64,000 nt of DNA from a virus. The notes below the pieces were generated by a model. That model searched no databases and had not been told where the DNA came from. It saw nothing but the letters and a program-made list of their open reading frames with translations. A program made the translations under genes and the position numbers. Positions 1-9,184 of the stretch are shown here, in pieces. Location of the stretch: the IMG/VR virus record IMGVR_UViG_3300034682_000252, positions 1 to 64,000 of that record, one strand, 5' to 3'. How positions within the stretch are numbered: the first letter of the stretch is position 1; every line of letters begins with the position of its first letter.

Positions 1-391
1 GAATGTCCGCGGCCACAAGTGCCATGCCGGCCGTGACGCGGCCTTTCGCATCGACGGTCACCTTGCCATAGGTGCCAGCAGTGACGCCGGAATTTGCCAG
101 GGTCAGGGCGATCGCGGCGTTGGCGGTACCGTCAAAGCTGGCGGAACCGGTGGCGTCGCCGGTGGCTGAAATGGTCCGGGCGGTGGCCAGCTTGGTGGCG
201 CTGACGGCGTTGGCGCCTGCCGGCAGAGCGGCGGCGGCCAGGTCATAAGCCTTTTTCACCGCGCCCGCGGTGGCGTAGGTGGTATCGCTGGCGAGGTTGA
301 CGGCGCCGCTGGCCGCCCAGTTGTTGACGTTTTCGAGCTTGAGATCCAGCAGCAGGAGCTGGCGAGCCGAGATTTGCGCTACAGCAGCCAT
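1..391 (-). CDS. Tail fibre protein, N-terminal part (runs off the window)
   Basis: Not in the ORF track. ATG at 391 directly follows the upstream TAA. Translation MAAVAQISAR...AVKKAYDLA...ATARTISATGDATGSASFDGTANAAIALTLANSGVTAGTYGKVTVDAKGRVTAG contains typical fibre repeats. Confidence 0.85.
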   Translation of the reverse strand, partial: MAAVAQISARQLLLLDLKLENVNNWAASGAVNLASDTTYATAGAVKKAYDLAAAALPAGANAVSATKLATARTISATGDATGSASFDGTANAAIALTLANSGVTAGTYGKVTVDAKGRVTAGMALVAADI

Positions 392-1363
392 TTAGCACCT
401 CCAGCCGGTTGCGGTTTTGATAAACAGAAATTCATGGGCCACATCCATCAGAACAGCCAGGGTATCGCCGCCCCGGGTAGCAATAGCGGAACCATCAGAG
501 ACGACTACTTTGCAGGCCAGGGCAGCGGCCACGGCGGCAGGAGTCATGCTGACCCGGACGTGCTCGCCGACCTTGGCGGTGGCTGGCAGGGTCAGATTGC
601 CCGCCAGGTTGAATTGGTAGGCGCCCTGGGCCGTGGCAGTCTTTCCCGCCGCCTCGACCACCAGCGCAGCGGGCAGCATTAACCCACCAGCGACCCCCGC
701 CATCCCTACCGCCAGGCGATCGGTGTCGGTTGTCCAAAGGAGCTCACCCTCTTGGCCGGTGTAGCCCTTGAGCTGGGCCTCAGTCCCTCGGCGAACCTGG
801 ATAGTCACGGCGCCAGTGAGGCTGTTGACGTAGTAACCACCGTCAACCTGATTGCCGCGAGCCAAAGAGATTTCCATGCGCGGCGCACCGAGCACATGGC
901 TATCGAGTAACGTGGTTGTGCCGGCTGGCACATTCAGTCCGTACAGGATGACGTGCTGGGGTTGCAGGCTGGCAGTTGGCACCAACTTGATGGCGGCGGC
1001 ATCGATCGTGCTGGCCGAATCCACCTGCTTGGTGACGACGCCGATCCCATAGGTGGCATCGAGGACGACGTAACCGACAAAGCCAGCCGTGACGGTAAGC
1101 TCTACCTTGGCTACCTGGTGAACGTTGATACTCCAGTTCCCCACCTCGACCACCGCGACGCCGTTACCAGTGGCGCCAATGGCAATCTTCATGGCACCAG
1201 GCAGGCTGTACCGGAAGCCCCGGTAAATGCCAGGCGGCACGATCCCGTGGAACTTGCGGTTCAGCGCATCCGTACCGAAAGGCTCCAGGTACTGCATATC
1301 CGCCAGGAGTGGCAGCGCCGAATAATCAGGCCCCGTAGGGGAAACAAGCACTATTTCAGCCAT
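392..1363 (-). CDS. Proximal tail fibre / fibre attachment protein (P1 gpS N-terminus-like + Mtd_N-like)
   Basis: LADMQYLEPFGTDALNRKFHGIVPPGIYRGF resembles the P1 gpS N-terminus; IQVRRGTEAQ...GELLWTTDTDRLAVG resembles the Mtd N-terminal domain. Confidence 0.8.
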   Translation of the reverse strand: MAEIVLVSPTGPDYSALPLLADMQYLEPFGTDALNRKFHGIVPPGIYRGFRYSLPGAMKIAIGATGNGVAVVEVGNWSINVHQVAKVELTVTAGFVGYVVLDATYGIGVVTKQVDSASTIDAAAIKLVPTASLQPQHVILYGLNVPAGTTTLLDSHVLGAPRMEISLARGNQVDGGYYVNSLTGAVTIQVRRGTEAQLKGYTGQEGELLWTTDTDRLAVGMAGVAGGLMLPAALVVEAAGKTATAQGAYQFNLAGNLTLPATAKVGEHVRVSMTPAAVAAALACKVVVSDGSAIATRGGDTLAVLMDVAHEFLFIKTATGWRC

Positions 1364-1372
1364 AAGCCCCCC

Positions 1373-1789
1373 TTACGCGATGTTGGTGTCGATATAGCCC
1401 TCAACGACAAGGGAACGCTTGTCGTGAAGCCACATCGGAGTTGATACCAGCACAGCCACCAGCCCGTTCTTGTCATCCAAGATCCCCAGGGTGGTGAACT
1501 CAAATTGCTGACCTGCTGGAATGTCGCCAGCCTTGAGAGTGGCGCGAACAGTGATTCGACCATTGAGGTAGGTAAATACAGGGGTGTTCGTCAAAAATAC
1601 CCCTTCCACCGCGGCCAGGTTGGAGGGGATGGCGGCCACAGAGGGGACGCCGTTAACGAGGGTGGTGTTGCCCTTCCCCCATACAACTTGGCCGAGTCGG
1701 AAGGTATCCAGGCCAATACTGGCCTTGGCTCGTCTATCGAAATAGCGATAGAGGAGCTTTGCGTCGTAAAACGTGACTGTCGTGGTCAT
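1373..1789 (-). CDS. R: Tail fibre assembly/baseplate protein, P1 gpR-like
   Basis: YDAKLLYRYFDRRAKASI and FTTLGILDDKNGLVAV motifs; synteny between 16 and S. Confidence 0.8.
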   Translation of the reverse strand: MTTTVTFYDAKLLYRYFDRRAKASIGLDTFRLGQVVWGKGNTTLVNGVPSVAAIPSNLAAVEGVFLTNTPVFTYLNGRITVRATLKAGDIPAGQQFEFTTLGILDDKNGLVAVLVSTPMWLHDKRSLVVEGYIDTNIA

Positions 1790-1851
1790 GGCTGCCTCGG
1801 GGCGCGAGGCTAGAGCCGGGGGAAGGGGGGCGTCGTTATGCTATCACAGGG

Positions 1852-2697
1852 TTAGGGCGAGCCGGGGATTGCCCTATCCAGCGTCCAGGAGTCCAGGCGC
1901 TGCGCATCGAGGCGGGCCCGCTGGCTGTATTTGTACTCCACGCCGTTGTTTGCGATCGGCATGGTCTGGACGGCATCGCTCTTTGTCCTGGCCACCTCGA
2001 CCACCTCCAGGACACGCGGGAAGGTCTGATTCGCACTGGTCAGCAGATGCTTAATCACCTCTTCCAGCTCGGGGAGGGTGTATTGCAGGTAGTATTGCGC
2101 CCCCTCGAACACGATATGAAGCGGGATCAGCGGCTCGATGAATCGGTTCATTACCGCTTCAAAGGCGGTAGCTTGGTCATCTATCGAGCTTGCCCCCACA
2201 AAGCTCGATTGCAGGGAGGTGAGAGGCAGCCGGATCACACCCCGGGACGTCAGAAACCACTCGCTTTCCGGTATATCTTCAAACTCGAGCTGACTCTTGA
2301 TGGAGAACCGGCTCCCGTAGGGGAAACGAACCTGATCCTTGGGGGCGTAAAGCGGCTCCCATGTGACCTTCATCCCGCTAAACTCTCGGCTAATCGTACT
2401 CACCAAGGGATAATCGGTTTTCTTGAGGTGGATCTCGTCGTGGCGCTGCATCAAAGCCAGCGGCCAGTCTGTTTCATCCACTCGATCGGAGAGGAGGAAG
2501 AACTCGCCGAGCTCCGATATGCGCAAGGCCAGATCGTCACTGGTCATGGTGTAGGCGCTGGAAAGCCCCCGAAGGCGGGTCAGCAGCGGTTCAATCTGCT
2601 GCTCGAACACCTCTTGCACCGCCTCGGCCAGTTCGGTCCACATGGGGGCGGCCTGCTTGGCCGCCGTCAGTCGTTGCTTTAACCAATCATGCTTCAC
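1852..2697 (-). CDS. 16: Baseplate protein, P1 gp16-like
   Basis: WLKQRLTAAKQ, QRHDEIHLK, WEPLYAP, FLTSRG motifs; synteny. Confidence 0.85.
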   Translation of the reverse strand: MKHDWLKQRLTAAKQAAPMWTELAEAVQEVFEQQIEPLLTRLRGLSSAYTMTSDDLALRISELGEFFLLSDRVDETDWPLALMQRHDEIHLKKTDYPLVSTISREFSGMKVTWEPLYAPKDQVRFPYGSRFSIKSQLEFEDIPESEWFLTSRGVIRLPLTSLQSSFVGASSIDDQATAFEAVMNRFIEPLIPLHIVFEGAQYYLQYTLPELEEVIKHLLTSANQTFPRVLEVVEVARTKSDAVQTMPIANNGVEYKYSQRARLDAQRLDSWTLDRAIPGSP

Positions 2698-4100
2698 GAT
2701 CTGTACTCCAGGTTGTAGGTGCTGTTGGCCGCATCGAGGAACACATATTCATTGAGCAACGGGGTGCGGTCCTGGTTATCAACCGTCAGGGTGAACTCGA
2801 TCACGTTGCCCAGGTCGGTCAGCACTCGCCAAATATCCTTCTCGTAGATGGTGGAATCGCCATTGCCGCCTTTCTTGGCCACCGCATCCTCCCCGAAAGC
2901 CTCGTCCAGCTTATCGATCATGGCCTGGCGCACGATCGCGGGCTCTTGGCGCCCACTCATGACGCCATTCAGGGTAATGGTGAAGGGGCTCCGCAGCACG
3001 GGCACGTACCTGTAGCGGCGGTTCAGCTCGTCACTCGACTCAAACAGCGCGAGTATTTCAGCCTCCAGCACAGCCTGGGATTTGCGGTTGGAGTAGGCGG
3101 AGAAGAAAATCCGGTTGATGTTATCCAGGTTGTAGCCGGTTTCCTTTTCTTGGGCAGTCTCCCCCCACACGTTGACCCACACCAGGTCGGAAATGTGTTG
3201 GGCGATGAAGTGGCGATAGTCGTTGTCCCACACGATCTGCTCATCGTAGGCGGTTGCATACAAGGCACCCTTGCGCACATCCTCGGTGGATTCGCCGGCT
3301 GCGCCTCCCACAATGGAGGTGGTGGTCACGATGGCGACCCCGGCCACCAGCTCACTGTTCAGGCTATCGAGCGTCATCTTCTGCCCCTCGATCAGGGTAG
3401 AGTCCCCTACGGTACACCACACATTGAGGGTGATAACCGACCCCGCGGGCGGCATCTTGCCAGATAGACCATTGCCGAACCGGACGCCGAGCTGTTCGGT
3501 GGGCTTATAGAACTCGGTGTACACCCGGGCTTCACCATCAGCACGGCGGAACTGGTAACGCTTCTCCCACTGCTCCATGGGGCGATTGGGTTGGGTCACG
3601 TACACATCCACCTGGGACGCCGCCTTGGTCATCTCCTTGGTCAGCAGCAGCTCCAGCCACTTCTGTTCGGTGGTGATTGTCGTGGCGAGGACCTTCTCCT
3701 CGAGCTGGGCCACCTTCACGATCTGCGATTCGCCCGGATCAAGCTGAATTGACTCATGCAAAACGTAATTGAGCCGGTTTGGCGCAACCAGGGGGGTCCC
3801 ATAGGGCAGGCTGATGGTCGCCAAGGTGTTGTTGGTGACCCGGGCCTTGCCGGTAGACGGCGAGATCATGCGGCCCACATAGCCCCTATCCTCCGCGGCG
3901 GCGAGGATGGAGGCCCGTTTGGTGGCCGTACTCATGAACGCCTCTTGAAGCAGGCGCCTGGCCAGAAAGTCACTGCGCTCTACCATCTGCCCGATGTAGG
4001 TGGCGATCCCGGTGGCGAACTGTGACCCCAGCAGGCGGGACCACCATGTTTTTTGTGCAACGGCCTCCTCAAAGGCCTTTTCAAACTCTTGATAACTCAC
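2694..4100 (-). CDS. bplA: Baseplate wedge protein BplA
   Basis: GSQF, STATKRASILAAAE, YTEFYKPTEQLGVRFGNG as in P1 BplA (T4 gp6-like). Confidence 0.9.
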   Translation of the reverse strand: MSYQEFEKAFEEAVAQKTWWSRLLGSQFATGIATYIGQMVERSDFLARRLLQEAFMSTATKRASILAAAEDRGYVGRMISPSTGKARVTNNTLATISLPYGTPLVAPNRLNYVLHESIQLDPGESQIVKVAQLEEKVLATTITTEQKWLELLLTKEMTKAASQVDVYVTQPNRPMEQWEKRYQFRRADGEARVYTEFYKPTEQLGVRFGNGLSGKMPPAGSVITLNVWCTVGDSTLIEGQKMTLDSLNSELVAGVAIVTTTSIVGGAAGESTEDVRKGALYATAYDEQIVWDNDYRHFIAQHISDLVWVNVWGETAQEKETGYNLDNINRIFFSAYSNRKSQAVLEAEILALFESSDELNRRYRYVPVLRSPFTITLNGVMSGRQEPAIVRQAMIDKLDEAFGEDAVAKKGGNGDSTIYEKDIWRVLTDLGNVIEFTLTVDNQDRTPLLNEYVFLDAANSTYNLEYRS

Positions 4101-4109
4101 GCTGCCCCC

Positions 4110-4457
4110 TTAGAGCTTGTAAATCGCTTCAACAAAGCCTTCTTGCGTCATGATCTGCACCCGGTACAAATCGGTTTCCTGGGCATCTGGCGAGCACAAG
4201 ATCCCGGTTACCTGGAGGTTCGGCAGATCACGCTGCATCCCTATCAGAATCGAGTTTTCCATTGCCACGGCCGTATCCTCGGTGGGCGGTTCGTGCTTGA
4301 ACAAGGCCAGTTCATTCCCCCAGCCAGGCCGCCCGTAGACGTGCCCCCTGGGGGTGTTCAGCCACTCCGCCACGTTGTTGGCCAGCGCCTCATTGCCGGC
4401 GTAGGTGATGACCCCCGACTCATCGAGCGCCATCAGGTAATCGACTTCATAGGCCAT
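4110..4457 (-). CDS. pmgA: Baseplate/sheath initiator PmgA (gp25-like)
   Basis: EWLNTPRGHVYGRPGWGNELALFKHEP; synteny. Confidence 0.85.
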   Translation of the reverse strand: MAYEVDYLMALDESGVITYAGNEALANNVAEWLNTPRGHVYGRPGWGNELALFKHEPPTEDTAVAMENSILIGMQRDLPNLQVTGILCSPDAQETDLYRVQIMTQEGFVEAIYKL

Positions 4458-4460
4458 GCC

Positions 4461-7400
4461 TTACCCCTTATCGCTATTCGGCCAGCGGACGTAATCGTGA
4501 TCCCCCACGCCGCGAGACTGCCCGTAGTAGTTGTTGGTGGTGCTATTGGTGGTGTTGCTGGCTCCCTTGCTCTCCATGGTGGTGGGTTTCATGCCGTTCA
4601 GGGTCTTGTCCAGCTTCGCCATGACTTCGGTCATCTTGGGGTCCATCTTGGCGGTCAACTCACCATTGGCCGGATTCACCAAGTCGGCCTTGGCCTGTTC
4701 GCGCTGAATATCCAGCACCCCGGAGAAGCCTTGCGGAGTGGGAACCGACTCAGCTTTGGCTGGGGGTTTCTGGTTGGCGGCGCTTTTCAGCACCATGTAA
4801 GGGGCCTCTTTGGCGGCATCGACGGCGGCCTTGTTGGCCTTGTCCAGCGGGATCTGGTTTACCCCGCCGCGCTCTTTGGCGATCTGTATCGCCATAAACT
4901 GCTTGTCGTACTTCGCCATTTGCAGCTCAGCGAACTCTCGAGCTGTCATGTTGAGGTTGCCGCCGTTCCCCGTAATGGCCGCTTCCGCGTTTTTCTGGCC
5001 CCCCAGGCGCAGCGCCTCCACCGCGCTCATGTTGGGGTTCTGCAGCAGCGCTGGGGCGCCCCCCGAGCCTTGTTGGTGCATCAGATAAAGCTCGCGGGCC
5101 TCTGGCGCCCTTCCCATTTTCTTCTGGAACTGGCGGGCATTATCGACGGCAAGGGCGGCCGCACCGGCTGACGCTTGTTGCACGTCATAGGGATCGGTGA
5201 TCCCGTATGCCTTGGCCGTTTTGGGGACGAACTGGTACAGCCCAGCCGCCCCAGATCCGGCGTTGTAGGCAAGCGGATTGCCGCCACTCTCGATCATCGC
5301 CATCGCATTCATGTAGCCAGCCGGCAGCCCGTTAGCCTGCTCCAGGGCGCTAAAGTCATACTGCTTGCCAGCCTTCTTCACATCAGCCTCCGTAATGCCC
5401 TGTCTGGCGCCCGGGGCGTTGTATCGCGCCGAGCTGTTGTTGATGATTACCCGGTCCCCCTCGCCCTTCTTGTCGGCGCCCAGGATGGGGCCGAAGAAGT
5501 CGTATAGGGATTCGGCCAGTTCGCCGGTGTCGAAGGTCAGCGCCTCCTTTGCCCCGTCAAAGCCAAGGTCCTCCGCTATCCCACCCAGGAGGGAGGCGGT
5601 ACCTGACACCATCCCGCCCATGTTGACCGCCCGGGCCACGTTGACGGCCAGGTTCTGGCCGAAGGTACCGGAATCGCCCTCTTCCACGCCCATCGTCGCC
5701 AGCGCCTTATCGTTGCTGAATGCGGCATGGAGCCCTTTCGCCATGTCATCAGAGTTGAAGGTCAGCGACTCTTGCAGGTTCTTCATCCCCAGGGCGCCGG
5801 CCCCATCGGCCAGCAGGCCTGACACCCCGGAGGTGAGGCCACCGAGATCCAGCACCTTGCTGGCCCCCATGGCGATCTTCTGGCTGACGGTCGGGTCCTT
5901 GGCCTGGTCCAGGCCGAACACGCGGCGTTGCCCTTCCTCGTCGGTAAAGCCGGTGTAAGCGTCATAGGCAGTCATGGCAGCACCGATCAGGGGGACCGCT
6001 CGACCACCCAGCGCCATAGCCCCACGCCCAGCCGCCGCAATCGCTCCAGGCGCTGCCGAGAGGGCTCCGCCTGTCATTCCCCCCATAGCGGCCACGGACG
6101 CCAAGGGAGCGCCAACGGCGGGCATACTGGCGGCCATACGGGCAATACGACCAGCGCGGGCCGGGGTGGTAACGGTTCGGGGGGCGGAGACATTCCCACG
6201 CCCAGCAGCGCCCGGGGCGCCCGCGGTACCGACACCTGCAGCGCCAGGAGATCCGCGACCACCCACAGCGCCGGCGCCGCGGCTGCCCGGGACACCACGA
6301 CGACCGCCCTCCCCGCCAGGCACCCCCCTGGCCTCACCCCCAATACTGGGCAGTCTGCCGGTTCGCCCCTGGCCACGACGGGATCGCGGGCCATCTGCCG
6401 ACCCACCAGCATCACGCAGCGAATTGGAACGCCCACGGCTGCCAGGACGCCGCCCCTTGCCTTTGCGCCCTTTCCCCAGCTTCTCCCCCAGGGTGTCCGC
6501 GGCCATGTCCACCAGCCCCTTGGATTGCGGCTTGGACGCTTCGATCAGGGCATCCAGGCGCTCCACAACCTGCTCATGCCGCTCCTCGGTCTTGGCCTCG
6601 GTCTTTTGCTGGACTGCCGCCTGCTGGGCCTCCAGGGCCTCCTGCCGGAACTCTGTTTGACTGCCGGCCTCGGCTTCGGCCTTGGCTTGGTGGTCAGATG
6701 GCTTGGGCTGGGGGCGATCCGCCTTGGCCGTGCCGGCTCGCTCGTCCGCACCCGCTCGCTCACTTCCTCCTGGTTGATCTGCTTGCGCCGGGGGCTCGAT
6801 AGCATCAGGGGAGTCAGTGCGCACGGAATGGGAAGATGCCTCAACCCTCCCAGGCTCCCCCACCACATCGGCGGCCTGGCTGATGGCCTCGGCGGTCGCC
6901 TCGACACGGGCAACCGCATCAGGAGCTATGTGCTCTTGGGGCTGGGCAGGATCTACCCGTTCAACAACAACCGGGGATGGCGTCGCGGCGTCACCCCCCG
7001 CAGCCCCGGGGCCGCCAGCGGCACCAGGCGCAGCCGCCCCGGGACCACCAGCAACTCCGCCAGGCCCAGCGGATCCGGCAGGCCCAGCGGATCCGGCAGG
7101 CCCAGCGGATCCGGCAGCACCGGCAGCACCGGCAGACCCAGCAGCACCGGCAGACCCAGCAGACCCAGCAGACCCAGCGGATCCGCCTGCACCAGCAGAA
7201 CCGGCAGCAGAACCGGCCGCATCAGCAGAGGAAGCAGCAGCGGCAACGGAGGAGGCGGCAGCATTACCAGCAGCGCCGGCAACTCCACCCTGTCCCGCGC
7301 TACCGACCACACCAGCCAATTCAGTGACCTCGACCGCACCTGTCGAGCCAGGCGCAGCGGGCACAGCGGGCACAGCGGGCACAGCGGGCACAGCGGGCAC

Positions 7401-9038
7401 AGCGGGCACAGCGGGCACAGCGGGCACAGCGGGCACAGCAGGCACAGCAGGCACAGCAGGCACAGCGGGAATGGCGGGGGCAGCAGCAGCCGCAGAACTG
7501 GCCGCATCTGCAGAGGCAGAGGCAGAGGCGGCAGCACTACCAGCGGTGCCTGGTCGCCCAGTCGCAGCGGGAGGCGCGGGAGGCTGGTTTGCTATGTCGG
7601 CAGCATCAACCACGATCGGGGTGGTTGTGCTGGTTGAACTCTGCAAGCCCGCATCAGTCACCGCGACCGGAGCGACACCAGGAGCAGGCGCGTCAGGGTC
7701 TGCAGCAGTCGCCCCAGCAGCACCCGGGGCGCCAGCGGTGCCCGCAGATACCCCATCACCCCCAGCTCCACCAGGGGCGCCACTCAGCCAGGCCAGCGGG
7801 TTCTTGATAGCCCCCCATGCCTTAACGAACTTGTCCTTGGCGTAGTCTTTGGCATCCTTGGCGCTGCCGATCTCCCGATCAGCAAGGGCGTCCCTTACCT
7901 CGTCGGCCATGCCCTTGGCCTCTTTGGCCGCCAGCCAGAACGTACTGCCCACCGCGACGCCGGCGCTGTCGGCCGTCTCGGTGTTCGCCAGATCATGCCC
8001 ACCCTTGCCGCCCAAGAGCGCAATGGCGCGGACCAGCAGAGACTGGGGGGCGCCATCGCCCTCTTGCTGCTCGTCGGCGTCCTGGCCCCGTTCACGCTTG
8101 AACCGGCGAGCCTCTATCTTGTTCGCATACTTGCCATCAGGGCGGCGGACCTTGCCATCATCCCCCAGATAGAACCCGTGCATTTTGGCCGGGGTGGGTG
8201 GGTTACCCGGTGAGCCAGCCGATTGCCCGCCATCGGCACCAGGGGAACCTGGTTCGCCCTGGTCGGATTGGATGGCGGCGGGTTGGGTATTGGCCGGCGC
8301 CCCGGGGGTGCCACTTTGGATCGGTGAATTGGCATCACCCGCCTGGGGGGACGTTTCCCGGACAGGGGTCGGCGCGGGCGCTTCGCCCAGGGTAATGGTG
8401 CGACTTTCCCGCACCTCGGCGGCCGTCTTGGTGGGCTTGCGAGGCGCTTTTTCCTTATCGGGCCGCGGCGCCCCCCTTACTTCTCTCGGTGTCTTTTTTT
8501 CCTTTTCGGAGCCTGTTTTCTCCTGCTTTACCTGAATTTCCCTTTTCGGCGCCAATTCGGACAAAACGGGGCGGCGCCCATGGGGGATTTCTTGGTCTGA
8601 ACTTCCCCTTTCGGTGCCGCCATTCTCCGATATTCCCCGAATTTCTCTTTTCGGGTCTTTTTGCTCGGCGCTTATTTTCTCCGATTTTCCCTTTTCGGAG
8701 ATTTCAGGCTCCTGGCCGGCGACCCTTGAATTTCGGCCCAGGCGGTTGTAAATCCCCACCAAGATTTTCTGTTGCTCTACCCCCTGCCGCTCCACCGCCT
8801 CGGTCAGGTTGGCCAGCTCATTGATGATCTGGGTGTCCTTGTCTGACTCGGCAAGTTGGAGGCCTGGCGCACCATTCCCGGGTTGCTCGGCGGCCTCGGT
8901 CAGGCGGGCCAGGTCCTCAATGTTGCGCGGTGCTCGCTCGCCGGCGACGGCCGGGATTGCCTCGGCCTGGTCGCCGTGCTCCCCCTCCCCCTGGCGGCCG
9001 GCCACCTCCGCCAGTTCGTCCTCTGTGTGGTCACGCAT
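4461..9038 (-). CDS. sit: Tape-measure / lytic transglycosylase Sit (about 1525 aa)
   Basis: C-terminal SLT motifs (IESGGNPLAYN, GAAGLYQF, LYLMHQQG); position between pmgA and pmgB. ATG 9038 has an AGAGAGG RBS and is preferred over 9083. Confidence 0.85.
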   Translation of the reverse strand: MRDHTEDELAEVAGRQGEGEHGDQAEAIPAVAGERAPRNIEDLARLTEAAEQPGNGAPGLQLAESDKDTQIINELANLTEAVERQGVEQQKILVGIYNRLGRNSRVAGQEPEISEKGKSEKISAEQKDPKREIRGISENGGTERGSSDQEIPHGRRPVLSELAPKREIQVKQEKTGSEKEKKTPREVRGAPRPDKEKAPRKPTKTAAEVRESRTITLGEAPAPTPVRETSPQAGDANSPIQSGTPGAPANTQPAAIQSDQGEPGSPGADGGQSAGSPGNPPTPAKMHGFYLGDDGKVRRPDGKYANKIEARRFKRERGQDADEQQEGDGAPQSLLVRAIALLGGKGGHDLANTETADSAGVAVGSTFWLAAKEAKGMADEVRDALADREIGSAKDAKDYAKDKFVKAWGAIKNPLAWLSGAPGGAGGDGVSAGTAGAPGAAGATAADPDAPAPGVAPVAVTDAGLQSSTSTTTPIVVDAADIANQPPAPPAATGRPGTAGSAAASASASADAASSAAAAAPAIPAVPAVPAVPAVPAVPAVPAVPAVPAVPAVPAVPAVPAAPGSTGAVEVTELAGVVGSAGQGGVAGAAGNAAASSVAAAASSADAAGSAAGSAGAGGSAGSAGSAGSAGAAGSAGAAGAAGSAGPAGSAGPAGSAGPGGVAGGPGAAAPGAAGGPGAAGGDAATPSPVVVERVDPAQPQEHIAPDAVARVEATAEAISQAADVVGEPGRVEASSHSVRTDSPDAIEPPAQADQPGGSERAGADERAGTAKADRPQPKPSDHQAKAEAEAGSQTEFRQEALEAQQAAVQQKTEAKTEERHEQVVERLDALIEASKPQSKGLVDMAADTLGEKLGKGRKGKGRRPGSRGRSNSLRDAGGSADGPRSRRGQGRTGRLPSIGGEARGVPGGEGGRRGVPGSRGAGAVGGRGSPGAAGVGTAGAPGAAGRGNVSAPRTVTTPARAGRIARMAASMPAVGAPLASVAAMGGMTGGALSAAPGAIAAAGRGAMALGGRAVPLIGAAMTAYDAYTGFTDEEGQRRVFGLDQAKDPTVSQKIAMGASKVLDLGGLTSGVSGLLADGAGALGMKNLQESLTFNSDDMAKGLHAAFSNDKALATMGVEEGDSGTFGQNLAVNVARAVNMGGMVSGTASLLGGIAEDLGFDGAKEALTFDTGELAESLYDFFGPILGADKKGEGDRVIINNSSARYNAPGARQGITEADVKKAGKQYDFSALEQANGLPAGYMNAMAMIESGGNPLAYNAGSGAAGLYQFVPKTAKAYGITDPYDVQQASAGAAALAVDNARQFQKKMGRAPEARELYLMHQQGSGGAPALLQNPNMSAVEALRLGGQKNAEAAITGNGGNLNMTAREFAELQMAKYDKQFMAIQIAKERGGVNQIPLDKANKAAVDAAKEAPYMVLKSAANQKPPAKAESVPTPQGFSGVLDIQREQAKADLVNPANGELTAKMDPKMTEVMAKLDKTLNGMKPTTMESKGASNTTNSTTNNYYGQSRGVGDHDYVRWPNSDKG
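7059..7200. repeat. In-frame 18/9-bp repeats encoding a Gly-X-Y tract in Sit
   Basis: Three copies of CAGGCCCAGCGGATCCGG plus GCAGACCCA/GCAGCACCG units, giving GSA/GAA/GPA triplets. Confidence 0.85.
7357..7464. repeat. 9-bp tandem repeat x12, (PAV)12 in Sit
   Basis: 9x GCGGGCACA followed by 3x GCAGGCACA. Confidence 0.95.
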
Positions 9039-9171
9039 TGCGGCCTCTCTGCTTGGGTTTGAATCGCTCCACCAGCCCCTCATTGATGGTTTCCGCCAGG
9101 CGGGCGCTGGAACTCATAACACTGTCGATTGGCTGACTTCCGTAAACCGTGAGGTTCTTGATGATCGTCAT
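9031..9171 (-). CDS. 46-aa ORF, probable tail-chaperone extension of PmgB
   Basis: MTIIKNLTVYGSQPIDSVMS...; fills the pmgB-sit gap, no clear RBS, frame stays open across the pmgB stop. Confidence 0.55.
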   Translation of the reverse strand: MTIIKNLTVYGSQPIDSVMSSSARLAETINEGLVERFKPKQRGRNA

Positions 9172-9184
9172 CCAGTCGATCAGG

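Noticed and set aside
392-1363. Diversity-generating retroelement suggested by the Mtd_N-like domain
   Set aside because: No reverse transcriptase or TR/VR pair in the window.
7357-7464. Tandem repeats as a CRISPR array
   Set aside because: No spacers, in-frame coding, no cas genes.
4053-7845. Long plus-strand ORFs opposite sit (569, 372, 342 aa)
   Set aside because: Antisense shadows of GC-rich, repeat-rich coding DNA; no RBS or domains.
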